A stretch of 48,259 nucleotides of DNA from Desulfurococcales archaeon (lineage in GTDB: Archaea > Thermoproteota > Thermoprotei_A > Sulfolobales > WANQ01): the NCBI GenBank assembly GCA_027030065.1, contig JALVFK010000269.1, forward strand, positions 1 to 48,259, in the 5' to 3' direction. Positions 9,453 to 18,558 of this stretch are shown here, piece after piece. Positions within the stretch are counted from its first letter, which is position 1. The number at the start of each line of letters is the position of its first letter. A program made the translations under genes and the position numbers. A model generated the notes under the pieces. That model did no database searches. It saw only the letters and a list, made by a program, of their open reading frames with translations, and was not told the DNA's origin.

Positions 9453-10061
9453 GTGAGCGGATGGTATAGTTCTAATAAATTAAGAACGGATTTACTTGTT
9501 GTAAAAGGTTATCTTAGGAGTAACTTAGTTGAAGCTGACAAGATAGTAGTTGATGGAGCTCTTATATCAAATACTATTGAGAGTAAACAGATAGAAGTTA
9601 CTGGTATAGTTAAAGCTGATGCCGTTAATACGCATATCCTTAAAGCAAGAGGACTTATTGATGTAAAGGAGATTAACGGTATTGAGTCCTACATATATGG
9701 GCGTGTTAACTCGTACAGGATTAGCTCTAAGACCCTTGTATTAGAGATAACTGGTACAAGCCGTATAGATGAAGTTGAATCAGAAGAACTTGTCATTAAA
9801 AGCATTGTACAGTACGACACTCGTGGACGCTTATTAGCAAGAAAGGTTTACGCTATTAAAGTCTACTCTGAGTTTCTGAACGCTAATCTTCTAGTTTGCT
9901 GTAAGTGTAGTATGGGTGACTATAATAGGATATCCAGACTAGTATACGGTGAGATTATTGACGCGAGCCCTACTTCTGTTTTCAGTGAGAAACCTCTAAG
10001 CATACCCGATCTCTGCACCGTAGAAAATGTTGAAGAGCTACGCTTTGTTGTTCCCGCATGA
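9453..10061 (+). CDS. Hypothetical beta-helix protein, bactofilin-like
   Basis: Periodic 'I.V.G.I....I.A..' repeats of about 16-17 aa. Confidence 0.5.
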   Translation: MSGWYSSNKLRTDLLVVKGYLRSNLVEADKIVVDGALISNTIESKQIEVTGIVKADAVNTHILKARGLIDVKEINGIESYIYGRVNSYRISSKTLVLEITGTSRIDEVESEELVIKSIVQYDTRGRLLARKVYAIKVYSEFLNANLLVCCKCSMGDYNRISRLVYGEIIDASPTSVFSEKPLSIPDLCTVENVEELRFVVPA

Positions 10062-10235
10062 TTTCTCCGCTAATACTCTAATCGCTATAAGAGTCTCCTT
10101 GAGCTCCGTAGTCAATTGGTATAATTCTAGTTTCTTTCCTTTACTCAGCGTCCTCCCATCATATACTTCTAAGTGTACTTTGTCTAATTCCTCTACTATC
10201 CTAATGGCCTTATCAATGTATTCAACTATGTCCAC
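10038..10235 (-). CDS. Small helical hypothetical protein
   Basis: 65-aa ORF overlapping the phosphorylase stop, amphipathic helices. Confidence 0.55.
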   Translation of the reverse strand: MDIVEYIDKAIRIVEELDKVHLEVYDGRTLSKGKKLELYQLTTELKETLIAIRVLAEKSCGNNKA

Positions 10236-11052
10236 GACTCCTTTCCTCTAATTCACGTTGATATCTATACTCTTCTCTTATACGTACGAGTATTTCGGCT
10301 ACAAGTTTGCTGGCTTCAAGTAAGCGGTCTTTAACCTTCTTTGCTTGAACGTTTCTCTCAGAAGCACGTTCAAGATCACCTGGCATTATTCCATGCGGTA
10401 TGCTACTATTAACTACTAGTATTGATAACGCCTTCAGCATCTTTAGGCTCGACATAGTATATAGTGTTGCAGTCTCCATATCCATAGCCGATACACGGGT
10501 CTTGCTCCACTTCTGTACTATTTCTTCAACATTAGATAGAATGTCTACACTTAGTACTGGTGCCGTATAATATTTTATCTCGTGATCATATATGCGCGAA
10601 TAAGTTCTCAATATATCCATCGTATACCATATCAGATCGTAGGAAGCATAAGCCGGATACTCTATCGGTGCGTAATGCCTACTCGTCCCATCAGCTCTCA
10701 CTGCTGCAGAAGCAATTATTATATCTCCAATACTAAGCTTTGGATCTAGAGCTGTAGCATAGCCTACTTTTATGAAAACTCTTCCCCCTAGTCTCGAGTA
10801 TTCTTCAACGAGAAGCGCTAGGCTAGGAGCACCTATACCCGTAGACCCTATTGTCAAATCTATAACCTTGTATTTACCAGTAACAGTAAAGTAGGGGTCT
10901 ATGCCCTCTACCCTAGATTTTACCTCAAATTCTTCAAGCTGTGAGACAAGCTCCTCAACGTATGTTCTAGAAGGTAATACTATTATATTCGATGATACAT
11001 CACTCGAACTACACTTAGTATATGGTTGAACTATATTGAGACCAGATGCCAT
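10222..11052 (-). CDS. Nucleoside phosphorylase (PNP/UDP family)
   Basis: STGIGAPS, AVRADGTS.HY.P..YPA and MDMETA motifs. Confidence 0.88.
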   Translation of the reverse strand: MASGLNIVQPYTKCSSSDVSSNIIVLPSRTYVEELVSQLEEFEVKSRVEGIDPYFTVTGKYKVIDLTIGSTGIGAPSLALLVEEYSRLGGRVFIKVGYATALDPKLSIGDIIIASAAVRADGTSRHYAPIEYPAYASYDLIWYTMDILRTYSRIYDHEIKYYTAPVLSVDILSNVEEIVQKWSKTRVSAMDMETATLYTMSSLKMLKALSILVVNSSIPHGIMPGDLERASERNVQAKKVKDRLLEASKLVAEILVRIREEYRYQRELEERSRGHS

Positions 11053-11154
11053 CTACGTGATCCCTTACACTATGCAACCTAGTTCTACTGATAAAGGGAG
11101 GGGGGTAAATTTAAAAGGGTTAGGGTGCTCAAAGCCAATGAGGGGGAGGGGGAT

Positions 11155-11553
11155 ATGGTGGAAGTTATCAGTAATGCAATAGTGAAGCCTATCGAAAGAG
11201 TGGTAGGGCAACACGTCTACGGCAACCTCTACGAATGTGATCCGAGCATCTTATCGAACGAAGAGCACTTGAAGAAAATTGTCGTAGAGGCAGCAGAAAT
11301 AGGGAACATGCAGCTACTTGAAGTAAAGACATGGAAAATAGGGTTAGGGGTAAGTGTTGTAGCAATAATATTGGAGAGCCACATAACAATCCACACGTGG
11401 CCCGAGTTCCGTTTCGCTACAGTAGACGTGTACTCTTGTGGAAGCCATACTGACCCGGAGAAAGCATTCAACTATATAGCAAAAGCCTTGAAGGCTAGGA
11501 GAGTAGTGAGAGGCTACGCTGACCGCTCATTAGAGGAGGATCACCGGGAATAG
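11155..11553 (+). CDS. speH: S-adenosylmethionine decarboxylase proenzyme (pyruvoyl-dependent)
   Basis: [12 protein letters not shown] autocleavage motif and VDVYSCG. The short WKIG.GVSV loop matches crenarchaeal AdoMetDC rather than the ArgDC paralogue. ATG at 11155 follows a G-rich SD. Confidence 0.88.
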   Translation: MVEVISNAIVKPIERVVGQHVYGNLYECDPSILSNEEHLKKIVVEAAEIGNMQLLEVKTWKIGLGVSVVAIILESHITIHTWPEFRFATVDVYSCGSHTDPEKAFNYIAKALKARRVVRGYADRSLEEDHRE

Positions 11554-11608
11554 TGATCGCTCCCCCGGGGATCGGTCAGCCCGGGGGAGCTGGAGTGGTG
11601 CTGACCGA
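11539..11608 (+). ncRNA. Structured RNA element: hairpin over the stop codon plus H-type pseudoknot
   Basis: Stems GATCAC/GTGATC (11539-44/11553-58), S1 GCTCCCCCGG/CCGGGGGAGC (11559-68/11581-90) and S2 TCGGTCAGC/GCTGACCGA (11572-80/11600-08), forming a GC-rich island in an AT-rich genome. Confidence 0.7.
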
Positions 11609-11652
11609 GACCTTCTGATCGTAAAGGTATTTTACATTATAGATGTTGTGTT

Positions 11653-12786
11653 ATGCGGAGAAGAGTCCTCATTATTGGGGGCGGTGTAAGCGGTCTATTT
11701 CTCGGTAGCTTAATAGGTGATGGTGTTAGAATAATAGAGGAGCATTCTGTTATTGGGTTTCCCGAGCATTGCACTGGAATTATAAGTACTAATACTCTTT
11801 ATAGAATGCGTTTGCCTAGGAGACTTGTGGAGGACTCATATCGTAGATTCATACTATACTTCTATGGAGGTTATCGTATAGTTATTAGCGGTTCACCCCT
11901 AGCAGTAAAGGTTGATAGGCCTGGTGTTGAAAAAGAATTATACTATAGGGCTCTAGATGAGGGTGCTGAAATAGTATTAGGTGAACGTGTAGAAGATATT
12001 GCAAGTGATGGCAGAATATCATTGAATGGAGGTCTTGTTAAAGGGGAATTAGTAGTATTGGCTGAAGGCTACAAACAATATTTTTCGAGAAAACTCGGCT
12101 TGGTTAGAAAGAGTAGAAGAATACCAGCTATTCAGGCTAGAATTAGGGGACAAGTCAATATACGTGACGTCGAAGTATACTTCTCTAGTCTTACTCCAAA
12201 ATACTTCTCATGGCTTGTCCCAATAGGTGATAGAGAAGCCGTCATAGGATTGGCTGCAGAAGAGAAGGGATTGTTGACTAGGCTTCAACTACTGTTAAAG
12301 GTATTAGAGAAAACGGGAAGGATAAGCAGTTATAAGATAACGAAGATTTATGGTGGACTGGTTCTAAGGGGGCCTTTAGGCGAGCTTACCAGGGATAGAG
12401 TTGTCGCGATAGGCGATAGTATTGGCATGGTTAAACCATTGACTGGTGGTGGCTTATACCCTATATCTATTGCAGGCCTCATACTCTCTAAGCTTATCAA
12501 GAGCTATCTTAACGGTTCAATGAGTTTACTCGAGCTAAGAGAAGAGTATAGTAGTAGAGTAGAGAAAATGTTAAAGAATCTTAGAGTAACGTATAATCTA
12601 CTTAATATCATAGACTTTAGAGTAGAGGATTACTTAAGGGTAATTGCAAAAGGCTTGAATAGAATAGGCTTGGAAACAGTCATAGATGAAGTAGAATACG
12701 ACGACCATTTAAAGAACTTGCTCACTGCCTTGAAGCCTAAGAATATTGTCAGGCTTACTGGTTCTATGATAACTGGGTTTATATGA
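11653..12786 (+). CDS. Geranylgeranyl reductase-family FAD-dependent oxidoreductase
   Basis: GGGVSG dinucleotide-binding motif, G.PEHCTG, FSWLVP and IGDS.G.VKPLTGGG. Confidence 0.88.
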   Translation: MRRRVLIIGGGVSGLFLGSLIGDGVRIIEEHSVIGFPEHCTGIISTNTLYRMRLPRRLVEDSYRRFILYFYGGYRIVISGSPLAVKVDRPGVEKELYYRALDEGAEIVLGERVEDIASDGRISLNGGLVKGELVVLAEGYKQYFSRKLGLVRKSRRIPAIQARIRGQVNIRDVEVYFSSLTPKYFSWLVPIGDREAVIGLAAEEKGLLTRLQLLLKVLEKTGRISSYKITKIYGGLVLRGPLGELTRDRVVAIGDSIGMVKPLTGGGLYPISIAGLILSKLIKSYLNGSMSLLELREEYSSRVEKMLKNLRVTYNLLNIIDFRVEDYLRVIAKGLNRIGLETVIDEVEYDDHLKNLLTALKPKNIVRLTGSMITGFI

Positions 12787-12797
12787 GAAGGTCTTGA

Positions 12798-13046
12798 TTA
12801 CTCCTTTAGCTTATTGATCTTCTTTAAAAACTCTCTCAATATCTTAATATTCCATTCATGCTTTGACCTACGCCTCTTGTCTACGTAGAGACCTAGCCTC
12901 ATAGCTTCCTTCGGCGTTAAACCTACTTCTTTTAGCTCTAGTATACTGAAGCCTCTTCCAACGCGGAGTCCTTTATCTATCATTCCGTCTTTTATTAATC
13001 TGGGCTTCTTTACGTAAGCTGCAGGAGGATATACTTCCTCAGCCAT
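12798..13046 (-). CDS. rpl13e: 50S ribosomal protein L13e
   Basis: GRGFSILELKEVGL...VDKRRRSKHEWN motif. Confidence 0.95.
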   Translation of the reverse strand: MAEEVYPPAAYVKKPRLIKDGMIDKGLRVGRGFSILELKEVGLTPKEAMRLGLYVDKRRRSKHEWNIKILREFLKKINKLKE

Positions 13047-13189
13047 TTTACTACACCCCTTTTTAAGCTGAAGGAGTATGAGGTCGTGGAAGCTTATTAG
13101 CTTGACTCTGGTTTCCGCTTAGTATCGGAGCTAAATATATAGTTTACCTAGTGCTAGTATATGCTACGAACGAGGTGTTATATAGGTAT

Positions 13190-13483
13190 ATGAGGATTAA
13201 ACGATTAGTATTAGATGTATTAAAACCATTAAAAGAACCAAGCCTAGTAGACCTCGCAATAGAGATCTCTAGAATTAGAGGCGTTGAGGGAGTAAACGTC
13301 ACCGTTATGGAGGTCGACGTAGAGACTATGACCCTAACTGTTACAATAGAAGGCGATGACATAAACTTCGAAGACGTTAAGAGAGTCATAGAGGACTCCG
13401 GCGCAGTAATACACAGTATCGACCAAGTTGTTGCGGGAGAACGCTTCGTAGAAATACCCCCATCACGTAGAGGTATGGCGTGA
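13190..13483 (+). CDS. DUF211 family protein
   Basis: [11 protein letters not shown]...[13 protein letters not shown]. The ATG at 13190 is preferred over the track start at 13151. Confidence 0.9.
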   Translation: MRIKRLVLDVLKPLKEPSLVDLAIEISRIRGVEGVNVTVMEVDVETMTLTVTIEGDDINFEDVKRVIEDSGAVIHSIDQVVAGERFVEIPPSRRGMA

Positions 13484-14442
13484 GCAAAGGTATGGCTGGA
13501 CGCGTATGCGATAAATGTAAGACGAGGCCCGCAATAGTATATCAGAAGCATAGTGGGAGATTCCTTTGTAAGGAATGCTTCATAGAGGATATTATTGAGA
13601 GGATCCGTAGAGAAGTAGAAAAGTGGAGAATGATAGAACCCGGCGACACCATACTCTTAGCTGTTTCTGGAGGCAAAGACAGCTTCGTATTACTAGACGT
13701 TATGCCGCAAATACATGACCCATCAAAGCTAATAGCATTATCAATAGTTGAAGGCATAGAGGGCTATAATAGAGCAGAAGACATAGAGAAAATGAAGAAA
13801 TATGCCATGGAACGTGGTGTAGACTTCATAAAAACGAGTTTCAAAGAATTCATTGGAGCTAGCCTAGACGAACTCGTAAAGAGAGCATGGGATCGCGGCC
13901 TCAATGTTTCACCGTGCACTTTTTGTGGTACTCTTAGGAGAAGGATCATGAACTACTATGCAAGAAATCTAGGAGTAGACAAAGTCGCTACTGCCCATAA
14001 CTTAGACGACGAGGTACAGACATTATTACTGAATATTTTGAGAGGAGATCGAATGAGGCTTATCCAGTCTCATCCACGAGCACCAATTCTAAGTACTCGT
14101 ATAGTACGTAAAATAAAGCCGTTGAGAAAGATCTATGAGTGGGAGGCGACAATGTATGCGTTCTTAAAAGGCTTTAAGTTCCAGGAAACAGAGTGCAGAT
14201 ATATCTATTTAAGGCCAACACTGAGGGCAAAGGTTAGAGACCACTTATACGCGTTGGAAGAAGAGTCTCCAGGAAGCCTTCTAAGAATACTTGAAAGTAT
14301 GGATGAAATCTTATGGAAGCTTATTGGAACCCATAGAAAACTACCAAGCCTACCAGTATGTAAGAAATGTGGTGAACCAACAAGCTACGGTCGCGAACTA
14401 TGCAAGGTTTGTGAGTTGTTAGAGAAAATAGGGATCTATTAG
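13480..14442 (+). CDS. tRNA 2-thiolation protein (TtuA/Ncs6, TIGR00269-like)
   Basis: N- and C-terminal zinc fingers, PP-loop SGGKDS, PCTFCG..RR and TAHNLDD. Confidence 0.9.
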   Translation: MSKGMAGRVCDKCKTRPAIVYQKHSGRFLCKECFIEDIIERIRREVEKWRMIEPGDTILLAVSGGKDSFVLLDVMPQIHDPSKLIALSIVEGIEGYNRAEDIEKMKKYAMERGVDFIKTSFKEFIGASLDELVKRAWDRGLNVSPCTFCGTLRRRIMNYYARNLGVDKVATAHNLDDEVQTLLLNILRGDRMRLIQSHPRAPILSTRIVRKIKPLRKIYEWEATMYAFLKGFKFQETECRYIYLRPTLRAKVRDHLYALEEESPGSLLRILESMDEILWKLIGTHRKLPSLPVCKKCGEPTSYGRELCKVCELLEKIGIY

Positions 14443-14458
14443 AATAAATTCTAACATA

Positions 14459-14824
14459 CTAGCATATCTTTGTGCCAGACGGTACATCTCCATCAACTGT
14501 TAGTAAAACGGGTTTCTCGACTTTACCGGATTTTATATCCTCCTTACATCCAGCTGCTAGAAGCATTCCTTGACTGAGAACTCCACGTATCCTCTTCGGC
14601 TCAAGGTTTGCTACAACAATTATCTTTTTACCTATAAAGTCCTCGGGCTTATACCATTCGCCTAAACCAGCAACAAGTTGTCTTGTTCCAAGTTCTCCTA
14701 GATCAACTATCAATTTTATTAAACGTGTACCCGGTATGGGTTCTGCTTCCTTTACAACTCCTACACGTAGGTCTAATTTAGCGAAATCGTTTATTGATAT
14801 GGTTTGCCCAGACACATACATCAC
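14459..14824 (-). CDS. tRNA-binding OB-fold protein (Trbp111/CsaA/MetRS C-terminal-like)
   Basis: DFAKLDLRVG and VANLEPKRIRGVLSQGMLLA motifs. Confidence 0.9.
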   Translation of the reverse strand: MMYVSGQTISINDFAKLDLRVGVVKEAEPIPGTRLIKLIVDLGELGTRQLVAGLGEWYKPEDFIGKKIIVVANLEPKRIRGVLSQGMLLAAGCKEDIKSGKVEKPVLLTVDGDVPSGTKIC

Positions 14825-14886
14825 CTACAGCTTTACAATTCCCTAGCTTTCCACTAGAGGTAAAAACTATTATGGAAAGATCGAGT

Positions 14887-14950
14887 AGGGTCTGCTGGGT
14901 AAGTTTTCTTCATTTCCTAGACTCTGGCCGGGAGTAAGTCTTCATCCCCG
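14887..14950 (-). ncRNA. Candidate C/D box guide sRNA with variant boxes
   Basis: Minus strand reads GGGG-AUGAAGA-(12 nt)-CAGA-(8 nt)-AUGAAGA-(12 nt)-CAGA-CCC. It has two 12-nt guides, a terminal G/C stem and a 55-nt box span. Confidence 0.65.
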
Positions 14951-15084
14951 ATACTGTACACGGTTTCCTTGAAATATATCTGTCTTTAGAGACCCTAATA
15001 ACTCTCTTAACAGTGGTTTTATTAAACTATGTAGGCAAGAATAGTATTGTATAGTAGGCTTGGGAGAGGGGTATCTGTACAACT

Positions 15085-16266
15085 ATGAGGATTAAGGGTT
15101 ACGCGGAACTACCACTACATGATGGGCATGTCCCACGGTGGCTTGCAGAACTTATGAAAAAGCTAGCCCGAGGTATTGTTGAAGTAATAGTATTAGAGTA
15201 TGGTCCAGCTGAACTCGTTAGAAGACTTAGTAGTCCTCTATGGTTTCAAGCATTCAATAATATTATTGGAATGGACTGGGACAGTAGTGGTTCGACAACT
15301 GTTACAGTAGGCATACTTAGACAAGTCTTGGAGAAGGAAGAGCTTGGAGTTCTCATAGTAGGTGGTAAGGGCAAGATGATGCTCCGAGTCCCCGATGAAC
15401 TTCCAAGAGCTTTAGATAGGCTTGGGCTCAGCGATAAACGTGTTGGAGAACTTGTAACTGCTAGTAGGATTTCAGCAAAAGTGGATTCTAGTCTACTCCA
15501 GGACGGATATCAGCTCTATCATCATGCAATAATAGTTTCAGAAGATGGATTATGGGGTGTGATTCAGCAGGGAATGAATATTGAGGAGAGACTAGCGAGA
15601 CGTTATCATTGGCTCTCAAGTAAGGTGGAAGACTATGTAGTTGAACCCCACTATGGTATTGCTAGCAACTATAAGGGGAACGCGTTAAATCTTGTTGCAA
15701 GAGAAGCCGAGGGCGCTAGGAAGACAATACTGGATCTTGCCAGAGAGAAGCCAGAGAAAACTAGTAGACTAGTAGCTGAGGCTTCTAGAATTATTCGTGG
15801 TGATCAGAGCATACTTAAATGGCTCACCGTGAACAAGCCTTCTTCTGGTGTAGTAGGATATGATGATCGTTTAAGGATACTATACTATCGTCCAGTAAAG
15901 CTTACAAAGAGGTTATTGAAAACCCTTAACACGTTATATGAGAGCCAACCAAGAAATTTCAAAGAACTACTACTTATCCGTGGAGTAGGTCCGGAAACTA
16001 TTCGAGCACTAGCACTCGTGTCAGACCTCATATACAAGGAACCCCCATCGTGGAGTGACCCGGTAACAGACCCACTAGATCCCTTCCGATACGCCTATGC
16101 TTTTGGCGGAAAGGATGGTATACCGTATCCAGTAAAACGTGAAGTCATGATTGAGGCTATAGAGTTTCTAAGAGAAGCAATAGAGAAGGCTAGAATAGGT
16201 GATAGAGAAAAACTCCAAGCACTGAAGAGGTTGAGAAGACTTCTAGGAGAACAAGATCGTTTATGA
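15085..16266 (+). CDS. DUF763 family protein
   Basis: LPLH.G.VP.WL, GMDWDSSGSTT, QQGMN, ARRYHW and GGKDG.PYPV motifs. Confidence 0.92.
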   Translation: MRIKGYAELPLHDGHVPRWLAELMKKLARGIVEVIVLEYGPAELVRRLSSPLWFQAFNNIIGMDWDSSGSTTVTVGILRQVLEKEELGVLIVGGKGKMMLRVPDELPRALDRLGLSDKRVGELVTASRISAKVDSSLLQDGYQLYHHAIIVSEDGLWGVIQQGMNIEERLARRYHWLSSKVEDYVVEPHYGIASNYKGNALNLVAREAEGARKTILDLAREKPEKTSRLVAEASRIIRGDQSILKWLTVNKPSSGVVGYDDRLRILYYRPVKLTKRLLKTLNTLYESQPRNFKELLLIRGVGPETIRALALVSDLIYKEPPSWSDPVTDPLDPFRYAYAFGGKDGIPYPVKREVMIEAIEFLREAIEKARIGDREKLQALKRLRRLLGEQDRL

Positions 16267-17439
16267 TTTGGGAATTAAGGGAACCGCTTTCAAGTATCCT
16301 TCTTCTATAGTTATCTCTGGTGTTATATGCCGGAGCTTTTCTCTATCACCTATTATCTTTAGGAGCTTACGCTCATGTGCCTTTAAAGGCTTGCGTATTC
16401 TTTTCGGATACCCCTCCATTTTTTCACTACAAATATAGCGATCCTCCCTACATATTTCCTTAAACTTTTCATTGACTTTATCTAAGGGTAAGGGTTTCTC
16501 TAATAGACTCTTAAAGAATTCGTAGAGCGTTACCCTCTTAACATAGTCTTTGAACATGTAGAAGCCACAGCAATCCTCTACTGTATGTAGACTGAATAAC
16601 CCCTCCTTGCATGTAGCAAATCCTACATTGTATTCCTTGAGTGTTTTTCTAAGCCCCATATATTCTCTAAGTAGTATCTTATGCTCTGGCTTGTAGAGGG
16701 GTTTGCCTCCTTCAACAACTCTAATGCTATATAAGTTGAGGGCTGGTATGCTTATACCTAGTCTTCTCGCAATAATTCTCCACTCGTCTAGTGGGAGGCG
16801 GAGTCCTTCAACTATAACTTGTCTAACTCCTATATCACTAAGTAGTGATGCTACTTCACCATAGTCGTAGGACCTTAATGTTATCCCCGGTATATAGGGT
16901 GATAGTCTAAGTAGTACTGGTATGTTTTCTTGAGAGAGCCTTCTCATAGCCTCTAATCGCTCCTTCACAGCTGGTGCTAACGGCTCCAGTAGTCGTGATA
17001 TATGTTCGTCTAGGCTGGAAATAGAATATTGGACTATGACTAGTCCTTGATCCGAGAGCTTCTTAACTATTCCTAACCAGGGGTTCTTTAATAACAGTGT
17101 CGACTTAGTATTTATAACTAATGGATAATTATACTTTAACGCTGTCTTCATTATCTTATGAGTAAACTTATAGTTTTCTTCAACTGGTTGAAAAGGATCA
17201 GTTAACGTAGCAAGCCTAGCTGGTATAGGTTTGAGACCTTTCTGATAGATTTTCCTTGCAACAGCCTTGAAGTTGATGAAAGCCTCTGGTCTAGGTCTAG
17301 GTTTTCCTACACGACTCCAGTACCATCGACTATAACAATAGATACAATTGAACATACACGTATTGTAAGGCTCTATTCTTATAAGAGAGTAGCATAGAGG
17401 CGACATTATATTACTAACGTTTATCACTAACTCTGGCAT
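16261..17439 (-). CDS. Radical SAM protein, SplB/photolyase-like family
   Basis: PY..CMFNCIYCY (CxxxCxxC), TDPFQP.E, TKS and LEP.AP...RL. Confidence 0.85.
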   Translation of the reverse strand: MPELVINVSNIMSPLCYSLIRIEPYNTCMFNCIYCYSRWYWSRVGKPRPRPEAFINFKAVARKIYQKGLKPIPARLATLTDPFQPVEENYKFTHKIMKTALKYNYPLVINTKSTLLLKNPWLGIVKKLSDQGLVIVQYSISSLDEHISRLLEPLAPAVKERLEAMRRLSQENIPVLLRLSPYIPGITLRSYDYGEVASLLSDIGVRQVIVEGLRLPLDEWRIIARRLGISIPALNLYSIRVVEGGKPLYKPEHKILLREYMGLRKTLKEYNVGFATCKEGLFSLHTVEDCCGFYMFKDYVKRVTLYEFFKSLLEKPLPLDKVNEKFKEICREDRYICSEKMEGYPKRIRKPLKAHERKLLKIIGDREKLRHITPEITIEEGYLKAVPLIPKS

Positions 17440-17620
17440 TACTTATAGATCCCTCACTACATATCTTGTTATTAGATAGTAAAAATAACAACATAATATC
17501 ATTATGTAACGATTATTTAGAATAATCAGGCTATGGGTTAAAAGTTTCAGATTTTAGGAAAAGTTTTATAATATTTGATAAAAACCCTTTAATCTCGGAC
17601 ATTAAATAGGTGCTGTTTCT

Positions 17621-18118
17621 ATGGGCCTTATCAGCATACTACGCTGGGGAGTCAGTAGGAGCCCATGGCTGCTTCACTTCAATACTGGTGCTTGTAATGG
17701 TTGTGATATAGAGGTTTTAGCTGCAATAACACCACTATACGATCCAGAACGTTACGGTGTAAAACTATCCCCCAGTCCCCGTCATGCTGACATAATAATC
17801 GTTACTGGTGTTGTAACTAAGAAAGCTGCTGAGAGACTTAAAAGAATATACGAGCAGGTACCAGAGCCCAAAGTAGTTGTTGCTGTTGGAGCGTGTGCTA
17901 TTAGTGGAGGTGTATTTCAGGGAAGCTATGCTCACGTTAGTGGCGTTGATAAAGTAGTACCCGTTGACGTTTATGTTCCAGGATGTCCACCTAGGCCAGA
18001 TGCGATATTGGAGGGAATTCTTAAGGCAGTACAGATACTTGAGGAAAAAGCTAGGCAGCTCGAAGCACAAGGTGTGAGTACAAGTAGTAGTGGAGAAGTT
18101 ACTGCAGGTGGAAACTGA
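17621..18118 (+). CDS. Group 4 [NiFe]-hydrogenase small subunit (NuoB/MbhJ-like)
   Basis: GACNGCDIE, SPRHAD, GACA.SGG and VPGCPPRP. Confidence 0.93.
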   Translation: MGLISILRWGVSRSPWLLHFNTGACNGCDIEVLAAITPLYDPERYGVKLSPSPRHADIIIVTGVVTKKAAERLKRIYEQVPEPKVVVAVGACAISGGVFQGSYAHVSGVDKVVPVDVYVPGCPPRPDAILEGILKAVQILEEKARQLEAQGVSTSSSGEVTAGGN

Positions 18119-18558
18119 TGGCTCTCAAAGATCTTCTATCAAATTATGGTGAACTGAAAAAGTATAGGAAGGATAATAGATTCTATATAACGGTTGCTCC
18201 TACACTAATACGTGAGATTACGAGCAAACTAGTTAAAGAATACAAAGACGGAATATATATTTCAACAATTACCCCTGTTGACTTGATCAAGGAGGGAGTA
18301 ATTGAGGTAGACTATGAGTTCCAAATATTATCCGAGAAGACCTTTCTCGTAGTTAAAACGAGGATACCACGTGATAAATCAGAGATAGATAGCATTGTAG
18401 ATATTCTACCAGGAGCAAAGGTATTGGAGCAAGAAGCCTACGACCTTATGGGCGTGTATTTCAAGGGGAACCCATATCTACGCAAACCCTTCCTACTACC
18501 AGAGCACATGGCCCAAGAAACCCCGTTGAGAAAAGATTGGAAACCTAGCAAGAGGTGA
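18118..18558 (+). CDS. NuoC/MbhK-like subunit
   Basis: EQEAYDLMGVYFKGNP and PLRKDW. Confidence 0.9.
   Translation: MALKDLLSNYGELKKYRKDNRFYITVAPTLIREITSKLVKEYKDGIYISTITPVDLIKEGVIEVDYEFQILSEKTFLVVKTRIPRDKSEIDSIVDILPGAKVLEQEAYDLMGVYFKGNPYLRKPFLLPEHMAQETPLRKDWKPSKR

Noticed and set aside
11544-11550. Canonical -1 slippery heptamer before the pseudoknot
   Set aside because: C CGG GAA does not fit X XXY YYZ.
11551-11655. Stop-codon readthrough fusing AdoMetDC to the in-frame geranylgeranyl reductase
   Set aside because: The genes share a frame, but three stops intervene (TAG 11551, TGA 11554, TGA 11602).
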